Notes: generated by a model from the letters alone, not told the origin. A stretch of DNA of 40,000 nucleotides from Anaerobacillus alkalilacustris (GCF_001866005.1 NZ_MLQR01000001.1:661106-701105), one strand, 5' to 3'; positions 8,347 to 18,541 are shown, counted from the first letter of the stretch. A program made the numbers and translations.

Positions 8347-9222
8347 GTGAGAAAATTGAAATTAATTGCAATTGATTTAGACGGAACATTATTATCTGAT
8401 GATGGAACTATTAGCCGAGAAAATAGAGAGGTGATTTATGATGCACAGAACCAGGGGAATATTATTACAATTTGCTCTGGGCGTTCCCTTCATGATACAC
8501 AAAAAATTTTATTAACTGCTGAAATTGATTGTCCAATTATTACTGGTAATGGAGCGATTGGATTTCATTCAAATAAGTTCATTCAAAGACTTGTAATACC
8601 AGATTGTGTTATTAATGAATTTCTTCCGGTGTTAGAACAAAAAGGCTATTATTACGAACTTTATACTAACCAAGGAATTACATTACTAGAAAATGGTAAG
8701 AGTAGATTAGAAAATGAGATTCTCTCAATGAAAGAAAGTGATTTGGAATTTCCGGTTGAATGGGCAAATAACGAAATAAATATTCAATTACGACAACATG
8801 GGATTAGTTATATGAAGCATTATCAAGATATCAATATATCTGAATTAGAAATATATAAAATTTTTGTCTTATCCTTTAATAAGGATTACTTGAAAGAACT
8901 CGAAAACATGCTAACCGGGAGGCAAGATCTTTCACTAACTACCTCAGGGTGGCATAAACTTGAGATCGCCCATAAAGAAGTAAGTAAAGGAAATGCATTA
9001 ACTTATATGGCTAATCATTTAGATATTCCTATGAAAGATACAGTTGCGATTGGTGATAATCTAAATGACCTTGCAATGTTCAAAGTAGCTGGAATGAGCA
9101 TAGCGATGGGTAACGGAGAAGAAGAAGTCAAAAAACAAAGTACATATACAACACGTAATTATAATGAAGACGGTGTAGCCTATGCTTTGCGGAAATACGT
9201 ATTAAAACAAGGGAATGAATAA
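8347..9222 (+). CDS. Cof-type HAD-IIB sugar phosphatase
   Basis: IAIDLDGTLL motif I, CSGR motif II, and a C-terminal GDNLNDLAMF...GNG motif. The start is uncertain: GTG 8347 or TTG 8356. Confidence 0.85.
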   Translation: MRKLKLIAIDLDGTLLSDDGTISRENREVIYDAQNQGNIITICSGRSLHDTQKILLTAEIDCPIITGNGAIGFHSNKFIQRLVIPDCVINEFLPVLEQKGYYYELYTNQGITLLENGKSRLENEILSMKESDLEFPVEWANNEINIQLRQHGISYMKHYQDINISELEIYKIFVLSFNKDYLKELENMLTGRQDLSLTTSGWHKLEIAHKEVSKGNALTYMANHLDIPMKDTVAIGDNLNDLAMFKVAGMSIAMGNGEEEVKKQSTYTTRNYNEDGVAYALRKYVLKQGNE

Positions 9223-9445
9223 TACAGATTTTATACTACAAGGGTACTATTTTTGAATTAGTACGTTCTAAACTTGAGATAACTTTGTGTAGCTGAATTT
9301 TATCCCACCCTTAAGGGGCAGTAAGACCCCAATGTCATCAGGCTAAGGATACAAATATTGGAATGTTACTTTGAGGCCACTGAAAAAGTGAATGTTTTTG
9401 AAAAACGAATGATTATAGGGGGGCAAAAATGTCGCCCTAACCCTC

Positions 9446-9484
9446 AAACGAGCCTTAGAAGCGATTCTAGAGGCTCGTTTTTTG
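9446..9484 (+). terminator. Orphan rho-independent terminator, ~225 nt downstream of the Cof gene with no ORF in between
   Basis: AAACGAGCCT (9446-9455) pairs with AGGCTCGTTT (9471-9480), followed by TTTTG. Confidence 0.55.
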
Positions 9485-9723
9485 AATATTATTTTTCAGA
9501 TAAAAAAATTTGGACTTTTTCAGCAGTCCGTGTTACTTTCTGCTTCTTTTTTTGTAATGAGCTACTATCAAAGTCCCGTAAAATAATCATTGAAATATAG
9601 AGAAATAACTTGACTTTTGAAAAAACGCCTAACAATCGATTTTGTGTGCCTGCTGACGTATGTTCGTTAAAGTTTGGTGTAAACCAAATGGCAGTAAATA
9701 AAAAGAACACCGTCATCGAAAAC

Positions 9724-10053
9724 GTCCCAGTGTGGCCGATCACCCTCTCAGGTCGGCTACGCATCGTCGCCTTGGTAAGCCGTTACCTTACCAACTAGCT
9801 AATGCGACGCGGGCCCATCCTGTAGTGTTAGGTAAACCCAACTTTCACTTTAGAACCATGAGGCTCCAAAGATTATCCGGTATTAGCTTCGGTTTCCCGA
9901 AGTTATCCCAGTCTACAGGGCAGGTTGCCCACGTGTTACTCACCCGTCCGCCGCTAACTCTCATAAAGCAAGCTTTAATTGAGTTCGCTCGACTTGCATG
10001 TATTAGGCACGCCGCCAGCGTTCGTCCTGAGCCAGGATCAAACTCTCCATAAA
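9724..10053 (-). rRNA. rrs: 16S rRNA gene, 5' fragment only (~330 nt), truncated at 9724
   Basis: The reverse complement reads TTTATGGAGAGTTTGATCCTGGCTCAGGACGAACGCTGGCGGCGTGCCTAATACATGCAAGTCGAGCG...TGAGAGGGTGATCGGCCACACTGGGAC. Identity to 16S then stops: the expected TGAGACACGGCCCAGACTCC is replaced by GTTTTCGATGACGG. Confidence 0.9.
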
Positions 10054-10181
10054 AGTGTTTGATAAAGCTCAAAATAAAACATTGACGAGATATTTACTAT
10101 CTCTTTTAATTCGCTTGGCTGTGTGTTCAGTTTTCAAAGAACATTCTTCTAATTTCGACGTCACCCGACAGCGACTTAATT

Positions 10182-10210
10182 AATATATCATATCAACAAC
10201 TCACTGTCAA
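10182..10210 (-). promoter_or_regulatory. rrn promoter P2 (sigma-A)
   Basis: Minus strand: TTGACA (10210-10205), 17-nt spacer, TATATT (10187-10182). It is followed by a typical Bacillus rRNA leader (CTTTGAAAACTGAACAC...). Confidence 0.6.
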
Positions 10211-10261
10211 CAATTATTAAAAAACATTTTTTTGTAACTTTCGTTTAAAGCGACAAGTAAT

Positions 10262-10290
10262 AATATAACATCATTAACCTATATTATCAA
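10262..10290 (-). promoter_or_regulatory. rrn promoter P1 (sigma-A)
   Basis: Minus strand: TTGATA (10290-10285), 17-nt spacer, TATATT (10267-10262), with an A/T-rich UP-like tract upstream. Confidence 0.5.
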
Positions 10291-10361
10291 CAACTTTTTA
10301 AAAAAACATTATTGATGAACTCATTATTTTTTCATCACACTATTTTTATAATAATAAAATC

Positions 10362-10515
10362 GTAAGCGCCACAGCTCTATACATATGCTGCATGTAGCTA
10401 ATCAACGAAAGATTTCAAGAGGTAATTGAAGTCAGAAACCTGACTGAAGTGATCGAACCGATGGCACCTGGAGCTAGACAGTTTCCAAGTTAGAAAGTTA
10501 TAAATTCTGATACTG
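10362..10515 (-). repeat. Structured intergenic repeat, long-form variant, copy B
   Basis: Shares GCTGCATGTAGCTAATCA...ATTGAAGTCAGAAACCTGACTGAAGTGATCGAACCGATGGCACCTGGAGCTAGACAGTTTCCAAGTTAGAAAGTTATAAATTCTGATACTG with copies at 18274, 27180 and 32046. Confidence 0.8.
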
Positions 10516-10551
10516 CAAAAAAGAGCAGACCGAAAATCGATCTGCTCTTTT
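10516..10551 (-). terminator. lysS rho-independent terminator
   Basis: AGAGCAGA (10522-10529) pairs with TCTGCTCT (10541-10548). The T run on the minus strand is the complement of 10517-10522. Confidence 0.8.
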
Positions 10552-10559
10552 AACACCAA

Positions 10560-12068
<1,509 letters not shown>

Positions 12069-12232
12069 CTATATTTGTAAGTTCTCTGCCTTACCAAAGT
12101 AGTGTATATGTATAATTGCGCTATTACTCTTTATATCCATTTATCACGAACAGTATAAGGTTCGCTATTAGAAATCGTATCAAAACCGAGGGCGCTCCTT
12201 AGTTTTTGAGATAATGGTGAACTACTCAATCT

Positions 12233-12265
12233 ATGAAGAAAAACTGCCCGCATCTAGCTGGCAGT
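12233..12265 (-). terminator. Rho-independent terminator-like hairpin between dusB and lysS
   Basis: AACTGCC (12241-12247) pairs with GGCAGTT (12259-12265). The minus strand continues TTTTTCTTC. Confidence 0.6.
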
Positions 12266-12280
12266 TACTAATCTCAGAGG

Positions 12281-12309
12281 TATTATAGGTTACATAGCGA
12301 AGATTGTCA
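12281..12309 (-). promoter_or_regulatory. Consensus sigma-A promoter immediately after the dusB stop codon
   Basis: Minus strand: TTGACA (12309-12304), 17-nt spacer, TATAAT (12286-12281). Confidence 0.6.
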
Positions 12310-12311
12310 AA

Positions 12312-13313
12312 TTAACGGACGAATGTCCCTTCACCTTGTCTAGCTTCTATTTCCGCAACAAAACTTTCTAAAACATCTTTAACTTTCTCTCTAGATTCAA
12401 ATTGGTTAATTTGATCCTTAATCTTTGACGCCCCGTGCATTCCTTTAACATACCAAGCAACATGTTTCCTCATTTCTCGCACGGCTACCTTTTCACCTTT
12501 TAGATCAATTAAACGATCTAAATGAATCATACAAACATTCATTTTTTCTCGAGGAGTTGGTTCAGGGGAAAGTTCACCAGTTTCTAAATATTGTACAGTT
12601 CTATACAACATCCAAGGATTACCTAAAGCTGCCCGACCAACCATGACACCATCTGCCCCGGTTGTTTCTAGTAAACGTTTGGCACCTTGGGGGTCCTTGA
12701 CATCTCCATTCCCAATTACCGGTATATTAACAGCTTCCTTTACCTGTCTAATAATATCCCAATCTGCAGTACCTTCATACATTTGTACACGCGTTCTACC
12801 GTGTACGGCAACTGCTTTTCCACCAGCTCGTTCTACTGCAAGGGCATTATCTACAGCGTAAATATGTTCTTCATCCCAACCCATACGCATTTTAACGGTT
12901 ACAGGCTTTTGAACAGCATCAACAACCGCTGCTACCATTTCGTAAATTTTATTAGGGTCAAGTAGCCACTTTGCCCCTGCATCACACTTCGTTATTTTAG
13001 GTACCGGACACCCCATATTGATATCTATAATATCAGCATTCGTTTGCTGATCTACTACTTTAGCAGCTTCCACTAATGTCTTTTTATCGCCACCAAAAAT
13101 TTGTAAACTTAGTGGTTTTTCTCTTTCATCAACATATAACATTTGTAGAGATTTTTCATTTTTATATAGTATCGCTTTATCGCTAACCATTTCAGCACAA
13201 ACTAAACCGGCACCAAATTCTTTAGCTATTAAACGAAATGCCGGATTACAAACACCAGCCATCGGTGCTAAAACAACAGGATTTTTCATGGTAACATCAC
13301 CGATTTTCAACAC
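12312..13313 (-). CDS. dusB: tRNA-dihydrouridine synthase B
   Basis: KNPVVLAPMAGV and IDINMGCPVPK motifs; position conserved between yazB and lysS. The start is probably GTG 13313, 8 nt after GGAGG. The ORF-track TTG at 13328 lies inside the RBS. Confidence 0.9.
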   Translation of the reverse strand: MLKIGDVTMKNPVVLAPMAGVCNPAFRLIAKEFGAGLVCAEMVSDKAILYKNEKSLQMLYVDEREKPLSLQIFGGDKKTLVEAAKVVDQQTNADIIDINMGCPVPKITKCDAGAKWLLDPNKIYEMVAAVVDAVQKPVTVKMRMGWDEEHIYAVDNALAVERAGGKAVAVHGRTRVQMYEGTADWDIIRQVKEAVNIPVIGNGDVKDPQGAKRLLETTGADGVMVGRAALGNPWMLYRTVQYLETGELSPEPTPREKMNVCMIHLDRLIDLKGEKVAVREMRKHVAWYVKGMHGASKIKDQINQFESREKVKDVLESFVAEIEARQGEGTFVR

Positions 13314-13338
13314 GGATGCCACCTCCAATCTATATGAA

Positions 13339-13545
13339 TTAATTAATTGTGTTTAAATCTTCTTTGGCAATATTTAAAACAACAGAAATTTGGTTTATTA
13401 ATTCCTCTGTAGGAACACGGTTTCCTCGCTCAATTTCCCCTAAAACAGAAACTGATACACCTATTTGGTACGCTAGTTGTTCTTGAGTATAGCCTTTCAG
13501 CTTTCGGAATGCCCGAATTCTTCTTCCCCAAATGGTTTCTTCCAT
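13339..13545 (-). CDS. XRE-family helix-turn-helix protein (YazB-like)
   Basis: 68 aa. IRAFRKLKGYTQEQLAYQIGVSVSVLGEIERGNRVP is a classic Cro/C1 HTH. Same position as yazB in B. subtilis. AAGGTG RBS upstream. Confidence 0.8.
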   Translation of the reverse strand: MEETIWGRRIRAFRKLKGYTQEQLAYQIGVSVSVLGEIERGNRVPTEELINQISVVLNIAKEDLNTIN

Positions 13546-14030
13546 AAGTAAACACCTTCTTTATCTCTTAGTTGTTCGTAAACTGCATCTATCGATTTCT
13601 CAATTGACGGAAAGTAAAGAACTGGATTTACTTCCCTAAGTGGGATAATCACAAAACCTCGTTCAAACATTCTTGGATGAGGAACAATTAATTGTTCCAT
13701 TTTAATATTTTCATGATTATATAACAAAATGTCAAGATCTAATGTCCTTGGACCCCAACGTATATTGTATTCTCTACCAGCATTGTCTTGGATTTTTTGA
13801 GTACGACTTAACAATTGCAAAGGTGAGTAAGATGTCTTTAATTCAATCACCATATTCAAAAAGTTCTCTTGATCGGTATAACCGATTGGAGCCGTTTCAT
13901 AAATTGATGAATATCGAGTAAGGGATATATTTACATCCTCTTTCATACATTTTGCCGCATACTTTAAAAAAGACAATCTATTCCCCATATTTGATCCCAT
14001 TGATAAATAAACAGTATTTTCGTTAGTCAT
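13497..14030 (-). CDS. folK: 2-amino-4-hydroxy-6-hydroxymethyldihydropteridine pyrophosphokinase (HPPK)
   Basis: HPPK-like sequence (RWGPRTLDLDILLY, PHPRM) and its position in the folate operon. Confidence 0.9.
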   Translation of the reverse strand: MTNENTVYLSMGSNMGNRLSFLKYAAKCMKEDVNISLTRYSSIYETAPIGYTDQENFLNMVIELKTSYSPLQLLSRTQKIQDNAGREYNIRWGPRTLDLDILLYNHENIKMEQLIVPHPRMFERGFVIIPLREVNPVLYFPSIEKSIDAVYEQLRDKEGVYLWKKPFGEEEFGHSES

Positions 14031-14388
14031 TCTTACCTCTATTAATTTCCACCGCTACTGAGTGATAATGACCTACAATCGGCGGGTTAGGCTTTATTAC
14101 TTTTACAGTACAACGATCAACGACAGAAAATTGGCCAAGCACTTTCTCTGCAACTCTCTCGGCTATTGCCTCAATTAATTTGAAAGGTGGACCCTCCAGA
14201 ATCCCTTTCACTATCTGATAGACCTCTGCATAGTTAACCGTATTCACTAAATTATCTGTCAACCCAGCTTCATTTAAGTCTAACTCTATTGTAAGATCAA
14301 CAATAAACTTCTGCCCAAGCTTTGTTTCTTCCGGTAAGACACCATGATACCCATAAAACTCCATTTGATTTATATATATTTTGTCCAT
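14023..14388 (-). CDS. folB: Dihydroneopterin aldolase
   Basis: 121 aa; MDKIYINQMEFYGYHGVLPEE...NYAEVY is typical FolB. Overlaps the folK start by 8 nt. Confidence 0.9.
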   Translation of the reverse strand: MDKIYINQMEFYGYHGVLPEETKLGQKFIVDLTIELDLNEAGLTDNLVNTVNYAEVYQIVKGILEGPPFKLIEAIAERVAEKVLGQFSVVDRCTVKVIKPNPPIVGHYHSVAVEINRGKND

Positions 14389-14391
14389 TTT

Positions 14392-15219
14392 CTATTCCCT
14401 CCCAACTAGAGCGTCCATCATTTTGGCTGTTCTTGATATTTGTAATATGTCATGAACCCGCATCATTTGACACCCTTTCATGATGCCGTAGCAGACAGTT
14501 GATTGCGTTCCCTCTAGTCGTTCATCAGCCGGTAAATCTAAAGTTATACCAATGAAGGATTTCCTTGATGTCCCTAATAAAACTGGATATCCTAGTTCTA
14601 CAATTTTATCTAAATTTTGCATCACTTCAATGTTTTGCTTGTATGTTTTAGCAAAACCAATACCCGGATCTAAGATGATTTGCGCATCTTCAACGCCAAC
14701 CCGTTTACAAAGAGAAATACTTTCATTTAGGTCAGCGATGACCTCTTCAATTAAATTGTTGTATTCTTTACTATGTCGGTTATGAGTTAGAACAATGGGT
14801 ATATTATGATTAGCAGCAACCTCTGCTATTCCTGGTTCTTGTTTAGCTCCCCATACGTCATTAATAATTGTTGCTCCAGCTTCAACCGCTTGCTTAGCAA
14901 CCGACTGCTTATAGGTATCAATAGAGATTGGAACATCTACAACCATGGAGACAGCTTCAATTATTGGGAGTACACGCTCAAGTTCTTCTTCCTCACCTAC
15001 GGTTTTGGCACCAGGTCGAGTCGATTCCCCACCAATATCGATAATATCAGCACCTTCCTCAACCATTTTAACAGCCCTACTTACCGCCTCACCTAACACA
15101 GTATATTTACCACCATCAGAAAAAGAATCTGGTGTTATATTTAGAATACCCATAATAATTGTTTTTTTTGAAACATCTATTTCTTTTGTTCCACATTTTA
15201 TTATATTGTGCCTAAGCAT
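14392..15219 (-). CDS. folP: Dihydropteroate synthase
   Basis: MGILNITPDSFSDGG and DIGGESTRPG motifs. Confidence 0.92.
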   Translation of the reverse strand: MLRHNIIKCGTKEIDVSKKTIIMGILNITPDSFSDGGKYTVLGEAVSRAVKMVEEGADIIDIGGESTRPGAKTVGEEEELERVLPIIEAVSMVVDVPISIDTYKQSVAKQAVEAGATIINDVWGAKQEPGIAEVAANHNIPIVLTHNRHSKEYNNLIEEVIADLNESISLCKRVGVEDAQIILDPGIGFAKTYKQNIEVMQNLDKIVELGYPVLLGTSRKSFIGITLDLPADERLEGTQSTVCYGIMKGCQMMRVHDILQISRTAKMMDALVGRE

Positions 15220-15223
15220 ACGG

Positions 15224-16078
15224 TCACGTCCTTTCTTCGATCGACCAAAGGCGTTGATATATATATTTTTGATATAGCTCTTGCAATAAAGTTGTCACTT
15301 TCTTATCTTTTGTATATTCATGTTTATCAACCATACTAATTGCTACAACTTCTTGTATGGAATTAGTGACAAATACCTCATCTGCCTCTAACAATTCTTG
15401 GGCCGTGTAGTATCCTTCGCGACACGGCATCTCATTATCTTTTAGTATCTGAATAATAAACTGTCTTGTTATTCCATTTAAAATGCCAGTATTCACAGAG
15501 GGAGTGAATACTTGTCCATTTTTAACCCAAAAAACATTAGAAACAATCCCTTCAGCTACATAACCGTCAATCGTAAGGAAAATTCCTTCATGATCACCGT
15601 TAGGAACTTCACGTTTACCAACTATATTATTTAAATAATGATGTGATTTCAGACGTTCTTTTCCTTCAGGTGTGTTTCTTGGAGTGTTTAAGAGAACTGC
15701 TTGTTTTGTACTTACTAACTTACCGTAAATCGGCTTGATAAAAGCAATTATATTAGGAGAACTGTAAGCTTCAGTACGCAAACCAACAGGCGCCTCACCC
15801 GCAGAAACATTAAAGCGAACATACGCATCCTTTAGATCATTTATAGTTAAAAGCCGATTAACAATCTCTCGCAAATCCTCTTTCTTTAAATTAAATATAA
15901 TGTTTAACTCTTTTACACTTCTTTCTAATCGACGAAAATGGTCATCCAATAAAAATGGATGACCATTATAAATACGAAATGTTTCAAATACACCAAGTCC
16001 ATATAAAAAACCATGGTCAAAAGGAGAAATTCTTACTTTCTCTTGTGAAACGTACTCCCCATTAAAATATATATACAT
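15224..16078 (-). CDS. pabC: Aminodeoxychorismate lyase (class IV aminotransferase fold)
   Basis: 284 aa. DHGFLYGLGVFETFR N-terminal motif; position between pabA and folP. Confidence 0.85.
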   Translation of the reverse strand: MYIYFNGEYVSQEKVRISPFDHGFLYGLGVFETFRIYNGHPFLLDDHFRRLERSVKELNIIFNLKKEDLREIVNRLLTINDLKDAYVRFNVSAGEAPVGLRTEAYSSPNIIAFIKPIYGKLVSTKQAVLLNTPRNTPEGKERLKSHHYLNNIVGKREVPNGDHEGIFLTIDGYVAEGIVSNVFWVKNGQVFTPSVNTGILNGITRQFIIQILKDNEMPCREGYYTAQELLEADEVFVTNSIQEVVAISMVDKHEYTKDKKVTTLLQELYQKYIYQRLWSIEERT

Positions 16079-16079
16079 T

Positions 16080-16658
16080 TTATTTTACCCTCGAATAGGA
16101 ATTGATGAAATTTCTTAACATTTGTTTGCCATCATTAGTCATGATCGATTCTGGATGAAATTGCACTCCTTCAATCGGCAACTCTTTATGGCGAATGGCC
16201 ATTATCTCTCCTTCATTTGTTTCAGAAGAAATCTCAAAACAATCAGGAAGCGTTTCTCTTTTTACAATTAATGAGTGATATCTAGTCGCAGTAAGCGGAG
16301 AGGATATACCTTCAAAAATTGTTTTCCCATCATGGAGCATTTCAGAAGTTTTCCCGTGCATTAAACGTTCCGCTCTTACAACATCTCCACCAAACACTTG
16401 CGCAATTGATTGATGACCTAAGCAAACTCCAAAGATAGGAATTTTTCCTGCGAAATACTTAATTGCTTCCATGCTAATTCCTGCTTCATTAGGACTACAT
16501 GGTCCAGGAGAAATCATTAAATAACTGGGATTTAATTGTTCAATTTCCTCGATTGTTATTTTATCATTTCGTCTTACTAATAGCTCTTGACCCATTTCCC
16601 CTAAATATTGAACTAGGTTGTACGTAAAAGAATCATAATTATCAATCATTAAAATCAT
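16080..16658 (-). CDS. pabA: Aminodeoxychorismate/anthranilate synthase component II (glutamine amidotransferase)
   Basis: [26 protein letters not shown] catalytic Cys, and HPES. Confidence 0.92.
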   Translation of the reverse strand: MILMIDNYDSFTYNLVQYLGEMGQELLVRRNDKITIEEIEQLNPSYLMISPGPCSPNEAGISMEAIKYFAGKIPIFGVCLGHQSIAQVFGGDVVRAERLMHGKTSEMLHDGKTIFEGISSPLTATRYHSLIVKRETLPDCFEISSETNEGEIMAIRHKELPIEGVQFHPESIMTNDGKQMLRNFINSYSRVK

Positions 16659-16664
16659 TTTTTT

Positions 16665-16710
16665 CTCCTCCTCAGCTCTTCACTTGACTTTTCTCTTCTT
16701 CACTAAGCTC
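16665..16710 (-). promoter_or_regulatory. Array of NAG triplets with 5-nt periodicity covering the pabA Shine-Dalgarno; resembles a TRAP (MtrB) binding site
   Basis: Minus strand: GAG ct TAG tg AAG aa GAG aa AAG tc AAG tg AAG/GAG ct GAG GAG GAG, then A6, then ATG. B. subtilis trpG(pabA) is translationally repressed by TRAP through such triplets. Part of the array is also the Glu/Lys-rich C-terminal coding sequence of pabB. Confidence 0.3.
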
Positions 16711-18126
16711 TTTGGCTTTCCATAAAGCCATTGCCTTTTTAAGTGATTCTTTGTATTCAGCCCTAGGGTTAGAATCAATAACAATTCCCGCTCCAGCCTG
16801 AACATAAGCATAACCATTTTTGGAAACCATTGTTCGGATAGCTATATTTAATTCCATATTACCATTATAACCTATCCAACCGATAGAACCAGTATAAACC
16901 CCTCGACGAACAGGTTCAAGTTCTTCTATTATTTCCATAGTCCGAACTTTTGGTGCACCTGTAATTGTTCCACCTGGAAAAGTCGCTTCCACAACATCAT
17001 ATACATCATATGACGAGTCAAGTTTTCCTCTTACATTTGAAACAATATGCATTACATGAGAGTATTTCTCTATCACCATTAATTCATTAACTTCTACTGT
17101 ACCAAAACGACTTACTCTACCTAAGTCATTTCTTTCTAAATCAACCAACATCACGTGTTCGGCTTTTTCTTTCTCATTTTCAATAAGAGTTTTAGCTAAC
17201 TCTTCATCTTCAAAGGCATTTTTACCTCTTGATCTTGTCCCAGCAATAGGACGAGTACTAATGTCATCTCCCTGCTTTTTAACTAAAAGTTCTGGTGAAC
17301 CACTAACTAATTGAAAATGAGGAGCTTGAAGAAATGCCATATAAGGAGAGGGATTTATTTCTCTTAACTTATCGTAAATCTCCATCGGATGAGTTTTTAA
17401 TTTCTTCTCTTGCCGAACAGATAGGTTCACTTGAAACACATCGCCCGCTGCTATATAATTTTGAACTCGTTCTACCGCGTTCTTAAAAGCTTCTTCAGAA
17501 AGAGATGTGTTCCAATAGTCCTCTTCTATTGTTGCATCTCCACTAAAATCATATGTTGGTTCAATTAAAGGTTCAAACCACATTGTCTCAAGCTCTTTTA
17601 GCCTTTTTTCTGATTTAGTCTTCTGACCTTCACTATAATGAGTAATAATCCAAAACAAATCTTTTTGGTGATCAAAAATAAAGACATCGTCAAAAATGTA
17701 AAAAAATAAATCTTCTGTTTCTAAATCATCTTCACTAAGCAGTGGTAAACTTTCGATTTGCCTAATTAGGTCATAACTTATAAATCCGACTGCCCCACCT
17801 TGAAATTCTGGCAAATCATCTATAACGGCTGTTCGGTAACAGTTCATCCACTCTTTCATTGAAGTAAGAAGTGGTCCTTTTTTTGTTTCTGTTTGTTTAT
17901 CTATTGTAATTTTTAATTCATCATTTTTACCAGATAAAATCGCCCAAGGGTCTAACCCGATGATACTATATTTACCACCGCGACCACTTTCAAGAAGGAT
18001 ATGGTGTTTTTTATTCATTGAAAGTTGTCTATACTTATTATACCAATCGAACCCTTTTGCTTTAAACGATTTACCTAATGGCAAACGTTGAATGTTTTCG
18101 TTAGTTTGTCGCAAAATAACATTCAC
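16672..18126 (-). CDS. pabB: Aminodeoxychorismate synthase component I
   Basis: Chorismate-binding enzyme C-terminal motifs ([29 protein letters not shown]). Confidence 0.9.
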   Translation of the reverse strand: MNVILRQTNENIQRLPLGKSFKAKGFDWYNKYRQLSMNKKHHILLESGRGGKYSIIGLDPWAILSGKNDELKITIDKQTETKKGPLLTSMKEWMNCYRTAVIDDLPEFQGGAVGFISYDLIRQIESLPLLSEDDLETEDLFFYIFDDVFIFDHQKDLFWIITHYSEGQKTKSEKRLKELETMWFEPLIEPTYDFSGDATIEEDYWNTSLSEEAFKNAVERVQNYIAAGDVFQVNLSVRQEKKLKTHPMEIYDKLREINPSPYMAFLQAPHFQLVSGSPELLVKKQGDDISTRPIAGTRSRGKNAFEDEELAKTLIENEKEKAEHVMLVDLERNDLGRVSRFGTVEVNELMVIEKYSHVMHIVSNVRGKLDSSYDVYDVVEATFPGGTITGAPKVRTMEIIEELEPVRRGVYTGSIGWIGYNGNMELNIAIRTMVSKNGYAYVQAGAGIVIDSNPRAEYKESLKKAMALWKAKELSEEEKSQVKS

Positions 18127-18273
18127 ACTCCAAATAATACTTTTTATAATTTAGTTTCTCTGACTTGTCCTATTTTTATTTTATCACTAATCTATATAAG
18201 ACATAAAGAAGTTGATAAATATCATTGAATAATAAAAGTTTTTAATTATCTTTATCGCCTATAAAACCATATC

Positions 18274-18506
18274 AAGAAGAGCGCAAGCGCCTTGGTCACG
18301 AGCAGCTGCTCCTGTGCCACTCCGTTTGCTCAAGAGCAATTGTTTTTCCGTGCGACGAGTAAGCGCAGGAGCAAAGCTGCATGAAGCTATTCAGAGGCGT
18401 TATTCATGTAGTTATTGAAGTCAGAAACTTGACTGAAGTGACCGAGCTCGTAGGTTGCTTGCGCTAGACAGTTTCCAAGTTAGGAAATTTATAAATTCTG
18501 ATTATA
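18274..18506 (-). repeat. Structured intergenic repeat, composite 233-bp copy C (short-form outer arms plus long-form inner modules)
   Basis: AGCGCAAGCGCCTTGGTCACGAGC at the lower-coordinate (plus-strand 5') end. Internal TTTTCCGTGCGACGAGTAAGCGCAGGAGCAAAGCTGCATGAAGC and ATTGAAGTCAGAAACTTGACTGAAGTGACCGAGCTCGTAGGTTGCTTGCGCTAGACAGTTTCCAAGTTAGGAAA. Confidence 0.85.
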
Positions 18507-18538
18507 ACAAAAAGCAGCCCAAGAAGGACTGCTTTCAA
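18506..18538 (-). terminator. cysK rho-independent terminator
   Basis: AAAGCAGCCC (18511-18520) pairs with GGACTGCTTT (18526-18535) with one mismatch. T run on the minus strand. Confidence 0.7.
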
Positions 18539-18541
18539 AAA

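Noticed and set aside
9700-9723. Possibility that GTTTTCGATGACGGTG just past the 16S break represents internally deleted 16S (resembling GGTTTTCGGATCG and TGACGGTACC).
   Set aside because: The matches are only 7-8 nt and not contiguous, and the following sequence has no 16S similarity. Chance resemblance is most likely.
9358-10072. Five overlapping track ORFs (9358-9600+, 9489-9764-, 9610-9798+, 9732-10052+, 9845-10072-).
   Set aside because: 9724-10053 is unmistakably 16S rRNA sequence, and the rest is low-complexity AT-rich spacer. There are no RBSs or protein-like composition, and the ORFs overlap each other.
10451-10459. tRNA-like T-loop (GGTTCGATC on the minus strand), and a TAGCTCCAGG D-arm-like string in repeat copies.
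   Set aside because: No cloverleaf can be drawn: there is no acceptor stem, anticodon arm or CCA context. Other copies read GGCTCGACC or GAGCTCGG at this position.
10470-10490. Sigma-54-like element in the repeat family: TTGGAAACTGTCTAGC on the transcribed strand gives GG-N10-GC spacing.
   Set aside because: The -12 element is TAGC rather than the strongly conserved TTGC, and the -24 lacks GGCAC. The motif is more simply part of the conserved repeat terminus. Noted only as a speculative alternative.
12643-15277. Antisense ORFs within dusB (12643, 12687) and folP (14552, 14806, 14945).
   Set aside because: They lie entirely inside strongly supported genes on the opposite strand. This is typical shadow-ORF composition.
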